64,000 nucleotides of DNA, taken from Solirubrobacteraceae bacterium (GTDB taxonomy: Bacteria; Actinomycetota; Thermoleophilia; Solirubrobacterales; Solirubrobacteraceae). The translations under genes and the position numbers were made by a program. How positions within the stretch are numbered: position 1 is the first letter of the stretch; each line of letters begins with the position of its first letter. Positions 9,696-19,669 of the stretch are shown here, piece after piece. The stretch is from contig DATJXX010000004.1 of the NCBI GenBank assembly GCA_035499875.1, positions 4,610 through 68,609 on the forward strand. Reading direction: 5' to 3'. The notes beneath the pieces were generated by a model. It made no database searches. It was not told the DNA's origin and worked only from the letters and a program-made list of their open reading frames with translations.

Positions 9696-11204
9696 CTACG
9701 CCACCCAGTGCCAGGTGGCGAACTGGGCCCCGAACACCACCATCAGCGCCACCGAGCCGGCGAGCATCGGGCGCTGCGCGCGCGGATGGCGCACGAGCCA
9801 GTCCCCCAGCCACATGAACAGCGGGAACAGCACCAGCAGGAAGCGCGGCAGCGACATCAGCGGCTGGGAGCTCACGGGGTAGGACAGCGGCAGCGCGAGC
9901 GCCGCCACCACATAGGCGCCGTATGCCAGCGGCAGCCGGCGCACCACCCCGATCACGGCGGGCACGGCCGCCGCCAGGAACGCGAACAGGATCAGGTTGT
10001 GGCTCGCGGCCACGAACGGGTCTTCGCCGCCCACCGGGAAGTAGAGGTGGGTGCGCTGCATCGAGATCAGCTGCCGCGCCCCATCGAACGCCGCCTTCAG
10101 CCCGTCCCAGGTGGCCAAGAAGGGCCCCGCGAAGTGCCGGCTCCACACGCCCTGGGCGCTCAGCGGCGCCAGCGGGTCGCCGCCGCCCGCGCCGAGGTAC
10201 GCCCCATAGGCGACCAGCCCCGCCGGCACCAGCGCCAGCCACAGAACCTCGCGCCGCACCCGGTAGCGCGGCAGCAGCCGCCTCCAGCCCTCCCCGATGC
10301 CGGCCCGGGCGCGATCGGGCGGGCGGTCGCGGCGAGGGCCGTACAGGTACAGGATCAGCGCCGGCACGAGCAGCACCACGCCCGTGCTGCGGGTGGCGCT
10401 CGCGAGAGCCCCCAGCAGGCCCACGTAGCCCCAGCGCCCCTGCCGGGCGCTCCAGAACAGCCCGATCGACAGCGCCAGGTACAGCGACTCCGAGTACACC
10501 GCCGACAGGAAGAAGGTCATCGGCGCGAACGCCAGCGCGTACACCGCGATGCGCGCCACGTCGCTGCCCCCGTGCGCGCCGAGCTCGAGCGTCGTGAGCC
10601 TGTGCAGGCCGTACAGCGCGGCCGCCAGGGCGCACACCGACAGCAGCACCCCGGCAGCCACCGGCGGCACGCCGAGCCCCGAGATCAGGCTCAGCCCGAG
10701 CGGGTACAGCGGGAAGAACGCGCTGCGCGAGACGGTGTACGCGCCCAGCGCAGGGTGGTAGCCGTAGTGGGCGATCAGCAGGTACCAGTTGGAGTCCCAC
10801 CGGGCCACCGGTGCCGCCAGCACGTCACCGAGCGCTCCGAGCCCGCGGCTCAGGCCGGGCGGGTTGAAGGCCCCGCGCTGGGGCCCGAATCCGAACGCCA
10901 GCACGGTAGCGATGCCGATCCCCCATACCAGCAGGCGCGAGCTCCACAGTGCCCGCCAGGTGTCCCGCAGGGCCACGGCCCGCTCGCCGTCGGCGCGCCG
11001 GCTGTCGACGCGATGGCTCTCGACCCGCTCGCCGTCGGCGCGCCGGCTGTCGACGCGATGGCTCTCGGCCCGCTCGCCGTCGGCGCGCGATCGGCGGAGC
11101 CGGCCGGGCGGGCTCGCCGGGCGGGGGAGGGCGGGCTCGCGGGGCGGCAGGGCCAGCTCACCCACGCTCTCGATGACTGTCGGCTCAGCTGCGTTGGGCT
11201 TCAT
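9696..11204 (-). CDS. GT-C mannosyltransferase (PIG-V/Mannosyl_trans2-like)
   Basis: RWDSNWY, AFFPLYP, FLSAVYSESL, ATRSTG, SLPRF; polytopic; start uncertain. Confidence 0.85.
   Translation of the reverse strand: MKPNAAEPTVIESVGELALPPREPALPRPASPPGRLRRSRADGERAESHRVDSRRADGERVESHRVDSRRADGERAVALRDTWRALWSSRLLVWGIGIATVLAFGFGPQRGAFNPPGLSRGLGALGDVLAAPVARWDSNWYLLIAHYGYHPALGAYTVSRSAFFPLYPLGLSLISGLGVPPVAAGVLLSVCALAAALYGLHRLTTLELGAHGGSDVARIAVYALAFAPMTFFLSAVYSESLYLALSIGLFWSARQGRWGYVGLLGALASATRSTGVVLLVPALILYLYGPRRDRPPDRARAGIGEGWRRLLPRYRVRREVLWLALVPAGLVAYGAYLGAGGGDPLAPLSAQGVWSRHFAGPFLATWDGLKAAFDGARQLISMQRTHLYFPVGGEDPFVAASHNLILFAFLAAAVPAVIGVVRRLPLAYGAYVVAALALPLSYPVSSQPLMSLPRFLLVLFPLFMWLGDWLVRHPRAQRPMLAGSVALMVVFGAQFATWHWVA
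10976..11089 (-). repeat. 45-bp tandem repeat (ADGER.ESHRVDSRR), about 2.5 copies
   Basis: Units start at 10976, 11021 and 11066. Confidence 0.85.
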
Positions 11205-11289
11205 CCGGGCGCTTACCGAGCGTAGAGGGGTTCGGCGCGATGGCGGCGAAAGTACACCACCGGGGACGGTAACCTCGGCACTGCCGGAT

Positions 11290-13440
11290 ATGTCTCGACA
11301 AGCGCGAAAGCGGCGCCGCAGGCGCACCAGCGGCGGCGGCAACCGGACGTTGCTGCTGTTCGGCGGGTTGGGCGTCGCGATTGCCGTGATCGCCGTCCTC
11401 GGGGTGGTCGCCTACGTGCTGCACTCCGCCGATACGGCCCCCGCACTCGACGCACTGCACCCGCGCGTGACCGGCGGGTCCTCGCAGGTGTTCGCCGCCG
11501 ACGGCACCCGCCTGGGCTTCATCCAGACCGACGAACTGTCGACGCCGGTGGGCTGGAGCGAAATCCCCAAGCTGCTCAAGAACGCCACGATCTCGATCGA
11601 GGACCAGCGCTTCTACTCCAACAACGGCGTCGACTTCACGGGCATCGCCCGCTCGGCGATCAAGGACCTCACCAGCGGCTCCGCCCTGCAGGGCGGCTCG
11701 ACCATCACGATGCAACTGATGCGCAACCTCTACCTCGGGGGTGACCAGCACTCGCTGCACCAGAAGATCGTCGAGGCCAAGTACGCGATCGAATACACCG
11801 AACACCACAGCAAGCGCTCGATCCTCACCAGGTACCTGAACAGCGTGCCCTACGGCACGGTCGGCGGGCAGACGGCGATCGGCGTCCAGGCGGCCGCGCG
11901 CATCTTCTTCGACAAGCCCGTGTGGCAGCTGAACCTCGAGCAAGCGGCGCTGCTCGCAGGACTCCCCCAGGCCCCCTCGCAGTACAACCCGTTCGAGTAT
12001 CCCCGGGCCGCCCGCGAACGTCGCAACCAGGTGCTCTCGAAGATGGCGCAGCTGCACTACATCAGCGCCGAAGCCGCCCAGGAAGCCGAGCAGCGGGGCC
12101 TCGATGTGCACCGCGGCTTCTACTACTCCGAACGCCGCGAGAGCTTCTTCTTCGAATACGTGCGCCAGAAGCTGCTCGAACGCTACGGCAAGGAAACCGT
12201 CGAGCGTGGCGGGCTGAAGGTGTACACGACCATCAACCTCAACATGCAGCGCCTGGCCCGTAAAGCGATCGCCGAAGTCCTCAACGAGCCCGAAGACCCG
12301 GCCTCGGCGATCGTCACCATCAACCCCGCCAACGGCGACATCGAAGCCATGGCCGAGTCCGAGAGCTACGAGAAGTCCCAGTACAACCTCGCCGCCGACG
12401 GCCACCGCCAGCCGGGATCCACCTTCAAGGCGATCGACCTCGCCGACGCCCTGTCCCACGGGATCGATCCCAACTCGACCTATTACCTGTCCCACACACT
12501 CGCCCCGGGGTGGCTGCCCATCTCCCCCGAATACGAAGTCAAGACCTTCGAGGGCACCTCTCTGAACAAGCCCGAGAACCTCGTGCAGGCCACCGTCAGC
12601 TCCGACAACACCATTTACGCCCAGCTGGCCGCGGACCTGGGTGAGGAAACGGTCACCCACACCGCCTATTCGATGGGCGTCAGGACCCACCTCTCGAGCT
12701 TCCCCGCCGAGGCCCTCGGGGGCCTCACGCTCGGAGTCACGCCGCTGGAAATGGCCGTCGTGTACGCGACCCTGGCGGACGGCGGCTGGCGCAACTCGCC
12801 GATCGCGATCACGAAGGTGGTGTTCCCGAACGGTCACGTGGACACCAGATGGGGAACCCCCCACCGCGTGAAGGCGCTCAGCGAAGCGGTCACCGGCGCG
12901 GAGACCACCATCCTGCAGGACAACGTCCAGAGCGGCACGGCCACGCGCTCGGCGATCAACTGCCCCACGGCCGCCAAGACCGGCACGACCAGCAGCCTGA
13001 TCGACGCGTGGCTCGACGGCTACACGCCGCGCTACTCCACCGTCGTGTGGATGGGCTACCCCAACAGACGCGTGGAAATGACCGACGTCCACGGCGAGCC
13101 CCAGCAGGGCGGCTACCTGCCGGCCGAAATCTGGCACGCCTACATGGCGGCGGTGACCGAAGGCAAGCCGTGCGTGCCGTTCCCCCACGCCGTCGAAGCC
13201 CCCCACTACATCCCGTTCTTCGGCAAGTACTCGCTGGGCGGCTCCAAGGGCAGGCCCGAATACCTCCAACCGGGCGAAGAACCGACCCAGGAAACCTACG
13301 AACCGGGACCCTACAAGCCACCCTCCACGGTCAAGCCCAACGAAGGCCCGCCCGCCACGCCGGCCCCGGCGGCCCCCCACGTCGGCCACAGCGCCCCCCA
13401 GGCCACGAGCCCGACCGGCGGCGCGCCCGCGACGGGCTGA
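11290..13440 (+). CDS. Class A penicillin-binding protein (transglycosylase + transpeptidase)
   Basis: [16 protein letters not shown]; SxxK (STFK), SDN, KTGT; N-terminal TM; Pro-rich tail. Confidence 0.93.
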   Translation: MSRQARKRRRRRTSGGGNRTLLLFGGLGVAIAVIAVLGVVAYVLHSADTAPALDALHPRVTGGSSQVFAADGTRLGFIQTDELSTPVGWSEIPKLLKNATISIEDQRFYSNNGVDFTGIARSAIKDLTSGSALQGGSTITMQLMRNLYLGGDQHSLHQKIVEAKYAIEYTEHHSKRSILTRYLNSVPYGTVGGQTAIGVQAAARIFFDKPVWQLNLEQAALLAGLPQAPSQYNPFEYPRAARERRNQVLSKMAQLHYISAEAAQEAEQRGLDVHRGFYYSERRESFFFEYVRQKLLERYGKETVERGGLKVYTTINLNMQRLARKAIAEVLNEPEDPASAIVTINPANGDIEAMAESESYEKSQYNLAADGHRQPGSTFKAIDLADALSHGIDPNSTYYLSHTLAPGWLPISPEYEVKTFEGTSLNKPENLVQATVSSDNTIYAQLAADLGEETVTHTAYSMGVRTHLSSFPAEALGGLTLGVTPLEMAVVYATLADGGWRNSPIAITKVVFPNGHVDTRWGTPHRVKALSEAVTGAETTILQDNVQSGTATRSAINCPTAAKTGTTSSLIDAWLDGYTPRYSTVVWMGYPNRRVEMTDVHGEPQQGGYLPAEIWHAYMAAVTEGKPCVPFPHAVEAPHYIPFFGKYSLGGSKGRPEYLQPGEEPTQETYEPGPYKPPSTVKPNEGPPATPAPAAPHVGHSAPQATSPTGGAPATG

Positions 13441-13548
13441 TTCGCACCCCCTGCGCCCGCGCGCTGGTAGTTTGGGTTTCACCAGAAAAGCGATAACGGC
13501 GCTCGTCCCGGGGTGCGAAAGGCACCGGCGAGCAGAATGGAATGAGGC

Positions 13549-13767
13549 GTGGCGAAGGAGGACAAGGTCGAATTCGAGGGCGAGGTCATCGAGGCCCTGC
13601 CCAACGCGATGTTCCGGGTCAAGCTCGACAACGACCACATCGTCCTCGGTCACGTGGCCGGCAAGATGCGCCGCTTCCGCATCCGCATCCTGCCCGGCGA
13701 CCGGGTTCGGTGCGAGCTCTCCCCGTACGACCTGGATCGCGCGCGGATCGTCTACCGGCACCGCTAG
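13549..13767 (+). CDS. infA: Translation initiation factor IF-1
   Basis: [47 protein letters not shown]. Confidence 0.98.
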   Translation: MAKEDKVEFEGEVIEALPNAMFRVKLDNDHIVLGHVAGKMRRFRIRILPGDRVRCELSPYDLDRARIVYRHR

Positions 13768-13768
13768 A

Positions 13769-13948
13769 TGGTTGATTCCACGGCGGAGTGCTGTGTCCGA
13801 TGGTGGGGATGGTCGAGCGTGCCTGGGACGCACCCCGTTCGGGGCACAGGCAGGCCGCAGCCCCTGCTGGTTGCAGGGGCAAGGCCGAGGACGACGGCAG
13901 GCGAAGGCCAGACGTGCCAGCGGCGGCGGTCTGACGTGGGATCAACCA
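13769..13948 (+). ncRNA. Putative ~180-nt structured RNA or MITE-like element
   Basis: Ends pair (tggttgattccacg / cgtgggatcaacca, continuing with G-U pairs); internal hairpins at 13820-13852 and 13860-13880. Confidence 0.5.
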
Positions 13949-13966
13949 GCTAAGAGAAGTCCCGCC

Positions 13967-14971
13967 GTACCCGAGCTCTCCCTGATCGAAGCCATCGCCG
14001 CAGAGCTCGGCCTCCAGGCGCCTACCACGGACGTGCCCGGCACCGCCGGGCTGCTACTCGGGATCGGCGACGACGCCGCGGTGGTGCGCGCCTCGGGCGT
14101 GTGCGTGACCTCCGTGGACGCGATGGTCGAGGGCACCCATTTCCGCCTCGGAGACGGCTTCGGCGAGCCCGCCGAGATCGGCCACCGTGCGCTCGCCGGC
14201 GCCCTGTCCGACCTTGCCGCGATGGGAGCCCGCCCCGGAGAGGCCTACTTCGTGCTCGGGCTGCCCCGCGGCTTCTCCGAGGCGAGCGCGCTCGAGCTGA
14301 TGCGCGCCGCGGGGTCGCTCGCGCTCGCCACCGGCACCGTCATCGCGGGCGGCGACGTGGTGGCCGCACCGGTCCTGATCGTGTCGGTCACGGCCGTGGG
14401 CTGGGCCGAGGACCCGTCAGAGCTCGTGTCCCGCTCGGGAGCCCGCGCCGGGGACCTCGTGGGGGTGACCGGCAGCCTCGGCGCCGCGGCGGCGGCGCTG
14501 GCGGTGACGGAGGGGCAAGCCCCGCGCAGCGCCGCGTCCGCCCCGGCGCTGGCCCGCGCGGCGGCTCCCGAACCCCGTCTGCGCGAGGGCCGCGAGCTCG
14601 CCGCCCTGGGGGCCCACGCGATGATCGACCTGTCCGACGGGCTCGCCACCGACGCCGGGCACCTGGCCGCCCGCAGCGGAGTGCGGCTCGAGCTGCGGCT
14701 GGCTGATCTCCCTCTCGCCGAGGGGGTCGCCGAGGTGGCGCGGTCCATCGGCGTGGAGCCGTGGCGGCTGGCCGCGGGCGGCGGGGAAGACTACGAGCTG
14801 TGCCTGTGCGCCGCCGCGGAGGACCGCGAGGCGATCGAGCGGGCGCTGCACGCCCACGGCTGTGCACCGGTCAGCTGGATCGGCGCCGTCCACGAGGGCG
14901 ACCCGGAGGTCGTACTGCTCGACGCCGGCAACCGCCCCGTCGAGCTGGCCGGCTACGAGCACCGCTGGTAG
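13967..14971 (+). CDS. thiL: Thiamine-monophosphate kinase
   Basis: [47 protein letters not shown]; start uncertain because homology begins at a GTA codon. Confidence 0.93.
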   Translation, partial: VPELSLIEAIAAELGLQAPTTDVPGTAGLLLGIGDDAAVVRASGVCVTSVDAMVEGTHFRLGDGFGEPAEIGHRALAGALSDLAAMGARPGEAYFVLGLPRGFSEASALELMRAAGSLALATGTVIAGGDVVAAPVLIVSVTAVGWAEDPSELVSRSGARAGDLVGVTGSLGAAAAALAVTEGQAPRSAASAPALARAAAPEPRLREGRELAALGAHAMIDLSDGLATDAGHLAARSGVRLELRLADLPLAEGVAEVARSIGVEPWRLAAGGGEDYELCLCAAAEDREAIERALHAHGCAPVSWIGAVHEGDPEVVLLDAGNRPVELAGYEHRW

Positions 14972-14987
14972 CGCCCGCGGCGGGGCC

Positions 14988-16784
14988 TCAGCGCCTGAGC
15001 GCCGACTCGGTGCCGCCGAGCGAACCCGGGCCCGCGTAGGTGAGGGGGCCGCGGATCGTGACGTCGAGGGGCTCGAGGATCCGCTCGGCGTCGACCGGGA
15101 CGTCGTGCACGAGCGCCAGCAGCAGCGTCGAGACGCCGCAGCCGAGGCCGATGCTCCACAGGACCGCCGCCGCGGGCCCGACGAAGCCGCCGGCGAGGAG
15201 CAGCACCCCGTCCCACACCACCGCGGCGGGGCCGAGGCCGAGCTGGTGGGCGTAGAACAGCACCACCACCGCCAGCGGCACGGCGGCCAGCCCGAGCAGC
15301 CCCAGCCAGCCGAGCGCGTGGCGGGGCCGCAGCTCCGGGGAGGCGAGCACCAGCCACACGTGCAGCGCCGGCACCAGCAGCAGTGCCGTGTACGGGTTGA
15401 ACACCCACACCACCAGCGCCAGCACTCCCGCCACCAGCACGGTCGACAGGCCGCCCACCTCGGGCTCGGGGCGCGTCCCCCAGCCGGCCCTGCGCGTAAC
15501 GGCACCCCACACGAACCAGCACAGCACGAAGCACGCCACCAGCAGCGCCAGCCCCGCGGCCGCCCCGGCGCCGAACGTCAGCGCCCCCGGCAGCAGCGGC
15601 CCCGCGGGCACCGGGCCGAGCAGCCCCGACAGCCCCAGCAGGCGGGTGAGCAGCGCGGTGGCGACGAATGGGATCGCGCAGCTCAGCGTCCACGCCGCCC
15701 AGCGCCCGGCGTGCAGGCGCCAGCGGCGCGCCCGCGCGAGGCCGTCGACCGCGGTGGCGAGCACCGGCAGCATCAGCATCAGCACGAGCAGCCGGACCGC
15801 CCACTGGGGCATCTGCTGGCGCTGCAGCACGATCCCGTTCTGGCGAGCCTGGGTGATGCCTGGGGCGACGTCGAGGGCATCGACCGCGCTCAGCACTGCG
15901 CGGCCCATCGCTTCCAGGCGTTCGGGGTCGATCGCCTCGTTGCGGGCGGGTCCCCTTTCGCCGGAGGCCTGCACGAGCACCGAGGGAACGCCGTCGCGGT
16001 CGAGCACCCCCTGTTCCCCGGCGCTCATCGGCACCATCAGGTGCACGAGCTGGCCGAGGACGCTCGGGGCGCCGGGGTCCGCGCCGGCCTGGTCCTTGAT
16101 CGCGTCCTCAGCGGTGCGGGCCAGCACCAGGGGCGCCGACCCCTGGCCGTCGGAGAAGGGCACGACCATCGGCCGCCGCAGCACCGTCCCCCCGAGATCG
16201 CCGAGGATGATCGCGGCGTCGAGCCTCGCCGGCAGCTCGTGGCGCAGCTGCGTCACGCCGGCGTCTCCGCCGCTGCCACCGCTGGTGGAAGCGAGCACGA
16301 TCGTGCGCTTCGTGTCCCGGGCCGCGAACACGCGGGCGAGTTCCAGCAGCGCGGCGGTCGCGGATAGTTCGGCCTTTGCCGGCCCCCGTGCCGCGTCACG
16401 GTGGGCCACGATCAGGATCGGCGTCGAGCTCGTGGAACCGGGGCGCACGGCCACCACGTTCGTGAGCGTGCGCTCGCCGTCGATCGTCTGGGCCCCGAAG
16501 CGGTAGACGTGGACCGCGAACCCTCCCCCGGCGGTCCCGCCGAGCGCGCGGATGTTCTGCGCCACCATCTGGGCCATGCGCTCGTCCGCGGCGCTTCCCG
16601 GGCGCCTGCGCGGGTACGCCGCCGCGAGATCGTTCAGGCGTGCGAGCGTGGAGGATCCCTGGAAGGCGTCCGGCGCAAGGCTCGACCGCAGGGGGGCGGG
16701 TCGGGCCCCCAGCGAGAAGGCGGCGATCCCGAGGGCGACCAGGAAAGGCACGAACGCCGCGCGGTAGATGCGGCCGTTGAGCAT
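14988..16784 (-). CDS. Membrane protein with an extracytoplasmic M28 peptidase-like domain (degenerate active site) and several C-terminal TM helices
   Basis: N-terminal TM; RRPGS, NVVAVRPG, ILIVAHRD, TAALLELARV; hydrophobic C-terminal half. Confidence 0.75.
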   Translation of the reverse strand: MLNGRIYRAAFVPFLVALGIAAFSLGARPAPLRSSLAPDAFQGSSTLARLNDLAAAYPRRRPGSAADERMAQMVAQNIRALGGTAGGGFAVHVYRFGAQTIDGERTLTNVVAVRPGSTSSTPILIVAHRDAARGPAKAELSATAALLELARVFAARDTKRTIVLASTSGGSGGDAGVTQLRHELPARLDAAIILGDLGGTVLRRPMVVPFSDGQGSAPLVLARTAEDAIKDQAGADPGAPSVLGQLVHLMVPMSAGEQGVLDRDGVPSVLVQASGERGPARNEAIDPERLEAMGRAVLSAVDALDVAPGITQARQNGIVLQRQQMPQWAVRLLVLMLMLPVLATAVDGLARARRWRLHAGRWAAWTLSCAIPFVATALLTRLLGLSGLLGPVPAGPLLPGALTFGAGAAAGLALLVACFVLCWFVWGAVTRRAGWGTRPEPEVGGLSTVLVAGVLALVVWVFNPYTALLLVPALHVWLVLASPELRPRHALGWLGLLGLAAVPLAVVVLFYAHQLGLGPAAVVWDGVLLLAGGFVGPAAAVLWSIGLGCGVSTLLLALVHDVPVDAERILEPLDVTIRGPLTYAGPGSLGGTESALRR

Positions 16785-16914
16785 GCGCCGCGAACCATAG
16801 CCCTCGTGCGTGGCGGCGTCGCCCCGAACATCCCGGGTCCGCCACGCAAAATCCGCATGCAGATCCGTTTTCGCGCCCCAGATCGGGCCACCTCGTCAGA
16901 TATCGTCCCGCCGC

Positions 16915-18150
16915 GTGCTTCAGCCGGTCGCCGTGGCGAACAAGACGCTCTCCGACTACACGCACATCTGCGGGCGCGACCTGATCGCCGAAATCCGGGA
17001 GTTGGCCGAGCCGCTGCGGGGCCGGCGCGTGGTGCACGTGTCGGCGACGGCGTTCGGCGGCGGCGTGTCGGAGATCCTCTACACGCTCGTACCCCTGATG
17101 AAGGACGTGGGCCTGGACTGCGAATGGCACGTGATCTACGGCCGCGAAGAGTTCTTCAACGCCACCAAGCTGATGCACAACGCGCTCCAGGGCGCGCCCA
17201 TGGACCTCGACACCGAGCAGTGGGCCACCTGGCTCCGTTACAACGAGATCAACGCCCGGGAGCTGTCCGAGGGATGGGACGTCTGCCTCATCCACGACCC
17301 CCAGCCGGCGGCCCTCTGCAGGCTCGCCCCGGAGAAGTCGAAGGGCTGGATCTGGCGCTGCCACATCGACCTCTCGACGCCCAACCCGGACACCGTCGCC
17401 CAGCTGCTCCCGTACCTGCAGGACTACTCCGACAGCCTCTTCCACCTGCGCGAGTACGTCCCCGAGGGCATGGACGGCAACGTCCACGTGGTGCCCCCCG
17501 CGATCGACCCGCTGACCCCCAAGAACATGGCCCTGCTGCCCGAGGACGCCGCCTACGTGTGCGGCCAGTTCGGAATCGACGTGGACCGCCCGCTGATGTG
17601 CCAGGTCTCGCGATTCGATCCCTGGAAGGATCCGCTCGGTGTGATCGACGCCTACCGTGTCGTCAAGGACCAGATGCCCGAGGTCCAGCTCGCGCTGGTC
17701 GGCTCGATGGCGAGCGACGATCCCGAGGGCTGGAACTTCTACAACGCCACCGTCGCCCACGCCGACGGCGACGCCGACATCCACATCCTCAACAACTTCA
17801 ACAACGTCGGCGCGATCGAGGTCAACGCCTTCCAGTCCCACTCAGACGTCGTGATCCAGAAGTCGACCCGCGAGGGCTTCGGGCTGACGGTCACCGAGGC
17901 GATCTGGAAGGCGCGCCCGTTCGTGGGGGGCGACGTGGGCGGCATCCCGCTGCAGATCGAGGACGGGGTGACCGGCTTTCTCGTGTCCAGCCCCGAGCAG
18001 TGCGCCGCGCGGGCGATCGAGATCCTCACCGACCCCGAGCTCGGGCGCAGCCTCGGCCGGCACGGCAAGGAGCACGTCCGCCAGCACTTCCTCACCCCGC
18101 GTTACCTGCGCGACTACCTACGCATCTTCAACGGGCTGGACGGGGCGTGA
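16915..18150 (+). CDS. treT: Glycosyltransferring trehalose synthase (GT4, TreT-like)
   Basis: TAFGGGVSEIL, IHDPQP, WRCHID, QVSRFDPWKD, QKSTREGFGLTVTEA. Confidence 0.85.
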   Translation: MLQPVAVANKTLSDYTHICGRDLIAEIRELAEPLRGRRVVHVSATAFGGGVSEILYTLVPLMKDVGLDCEWHVIYGREEFFNATKLMHNALQGAPMDLDTEQWATWLRYNEINARELSEGWDVCLIHDPQPAALCRLAPEKSKGWIWRCHIDLSTPNPDTVAQLLPYLQDYSDSLFHLREYVPEGMDGNVHVVPPAIDPLTPKNMALLPEDAAYVCGQFGIDVDRPLMCQVSRFDPWKDPLGVIDAYRVVKDQMPEVQLALVGSMASDDPEGWNFYNATVAHADGDADIHILNNFNNVGAIEVNAFQSHSDVVIQKSTREGFGLTVTEAIWKARPFVGGDVGGIPLQIEDGVTGFLVSSPEQCAARAIEILTDPELGRSLGRHGKEHVRQHFLTPRYLRDYLRIFNGLDGA

Positions 18151-19613
18151 GCGAGCCACCGGCACAGCGGGCTCCGCTGGTGCTGGTGAGCAACCGCGGG
18201 CCCGTGACCTTCGACTCGGACGGCAACACCGTGCGGGGGTCGGGTGGGCTCGTGACGGCGCTCACGGGCCTGGCCTCGCACCGCGACGCGATCTGGATCG
18301 CCTCCGCCATGAACGAGTACGACGCCGCCGTCTCCCTCGGCCAGGGCGGCCGGGCCGTGGCCGTGCGCTCACCCGCCGGGGGCGAGTACCAGGTGCGCCT
18401 CGTGGTCAGCGATCCCGAGGCCTACGACCGCTTCTACAACGTGTTCGCGAACCCGATGCTGTGGTTCATCCAGCACTATCTGTGGGACCTGTCCAACGCC
18501 CCGGACATCCGTCGCGAGGAGATCGAGGCCTTCGAGTTCGGTTACAACGTCGTCAACGAAGACCTCGCCCGAGCGGTGATCGAGGAGATCGAGGACACCA
18601 GCGAACCGGTGGTGATGGTCCACGACTATCACCTGTACACCCTCCCCGACCTCGTCCGCCGTGCCCGCCCGGACGTGTTCCTTCACCACTTCATCCACAT
18701 CCCGTGGACCCAGCCCGACGCCTGGCGGGTGCTGCCCAACCGCATCCGCGAGGAGATCTTCACGGGGCTGCTGGCGAACGACATCATCGGCTTCCACACG
18801 CGCTCCTACCGCCTCAACTTCCTGCAGTGCTGCCGCGACCTGATGGACCTCGAGGTGGACTTCGGGGCCGGCGTGGTGAAGCTCGAGGACCGCGAGGTGT
18901 GGGTCCGCGCCTACCCCCTCCCGATCGACCACCGCGCCACCCGTCAGCTCGCCGCCAGCGAGCGCGTGGCGCACTTCGAGCGTGAGCTGCTGCTGCGCCG
19001 GCGCGACTTCCTGATCCTGAGGGTCGACCGGGCCGACCTCTCAAAGAACGTCCTGCGCGGCTTCTCCGCGTTCGACCTGTTCCTCGAGCAGCACCCCGAG
19101 TTCGTCGAGCGGGTCACGTTCATGGCCCAGCTGATGCCCTCCAGGACCGACGTGCCGCAATACGCCGAGGACCTCGAGCGCATCGAGGCGCTGGTGGCGG
19201 TCGTCAACCACCGTCACGGGACCCCCGACTGGATGCCCATCCAGCTGAAGCTCCGCGACGACATCGACGAGGCCGTGGCCTCCTACAAGCACTACGACGT
19301 GCTGCTCGTGAACGCGATGTTCGACGGCATGAACCTGGTGGCCAAGGAGGGACCCCTCGTGAACGAGCGCGAGGGCGTCTCGATCCTGTCCGAGAACACC
19401 GGCGCCCACGAGGAGCTCGGCAGGTGGGCCCTGTCGGTCAACCCGTTCGACATCCAGGAGCTGGCCAACTCGATCTACGCGGCGCTCACGATGGACGCCC
19501 GCGAGCGCCGCCGCCGCGCCGAAGGGCTCACCGGGATCGTCACCTCGCGAGACCCCGGCGACTGGATCGACGAGCAGCTGGCCGACATCCGCGCCAAGGC
19601 CCGCGCGGTCTGA
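18147..19613 (+). CDS. otsA: Trehalose-6-phosphate synthase (GT20)
   Basis: LVSNRGP, GGLVTAL, VHDYHL, HIPW, VDRAD.SKN, DGMNLVAKE; GTGA overlap with treT; glucosylglycerol-phosphate synthase not excluded. Confidence 0.85.
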   Translation: MSEPPAQRAPLVLVSNRGPVTFDSDGNTVRGSGGLVTALTGLASHRDAIWIASAMNEYDAAVSLGQGGRAVAVRSPAGGEYQVRLVVSDPEAYDRFYNVFANPMLWFIQHYLWDLSNAPDIRREEIEAFEFGYNVVNEDLARAVIEEIEDTSEPVVMVHDYHLYTLPDLVRRARPDVFLHHFIHIPWTQPDAWRVLPNRIREEIFTGLLANDIIGFHTRSYRLNFLQCCRDLMDLEVDFGAGVVKLEDREVWVRAYPLPIDHRATRQLAASERVAHFERELLLRRRDFLILRVDRADLSKNVLRGFSAFDLFLEQHPEFVERVTFMAQLMPSRTDVPQYAEDLERIEALVAVVNHRHGTPDWMPIQLKLRDDIDEAVASYKHYDVLLVNAMFDGMNLVAKEGPLVNEREGVSILSENTGAHEELGRWALSVNPFDIQELANSIYAALTMDARERRRRAEGLTGIVTSRDPGDWIDEQLADIRAKARAV

Positions 19614-19669
19614 GCGGCGGGCCGGAGCCCGCCACCCGCTAGGCTTGCTCGCTGCAAGGGGCCCTTGAG

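Noticed and set aside
7558-10800. 1080-aa ORF suggesting a giant L,D-transpeptidase fusion
   Set aside because: The upstream part is an off-frame read through the CPBP and mannosyltransferase genes; the real gene starts at about 8736
13768-13960. TPP riboswitch upstream of thiL
   Set aside because: The conserved CUGAGA and ACCUGA core elements are absent
16401-19613. 1070-aa ORF suggesting an extended OtsA
   Set aside because: The N-terminal 580 aa is an alternative frame over treT; GT20 homology starts at 18147
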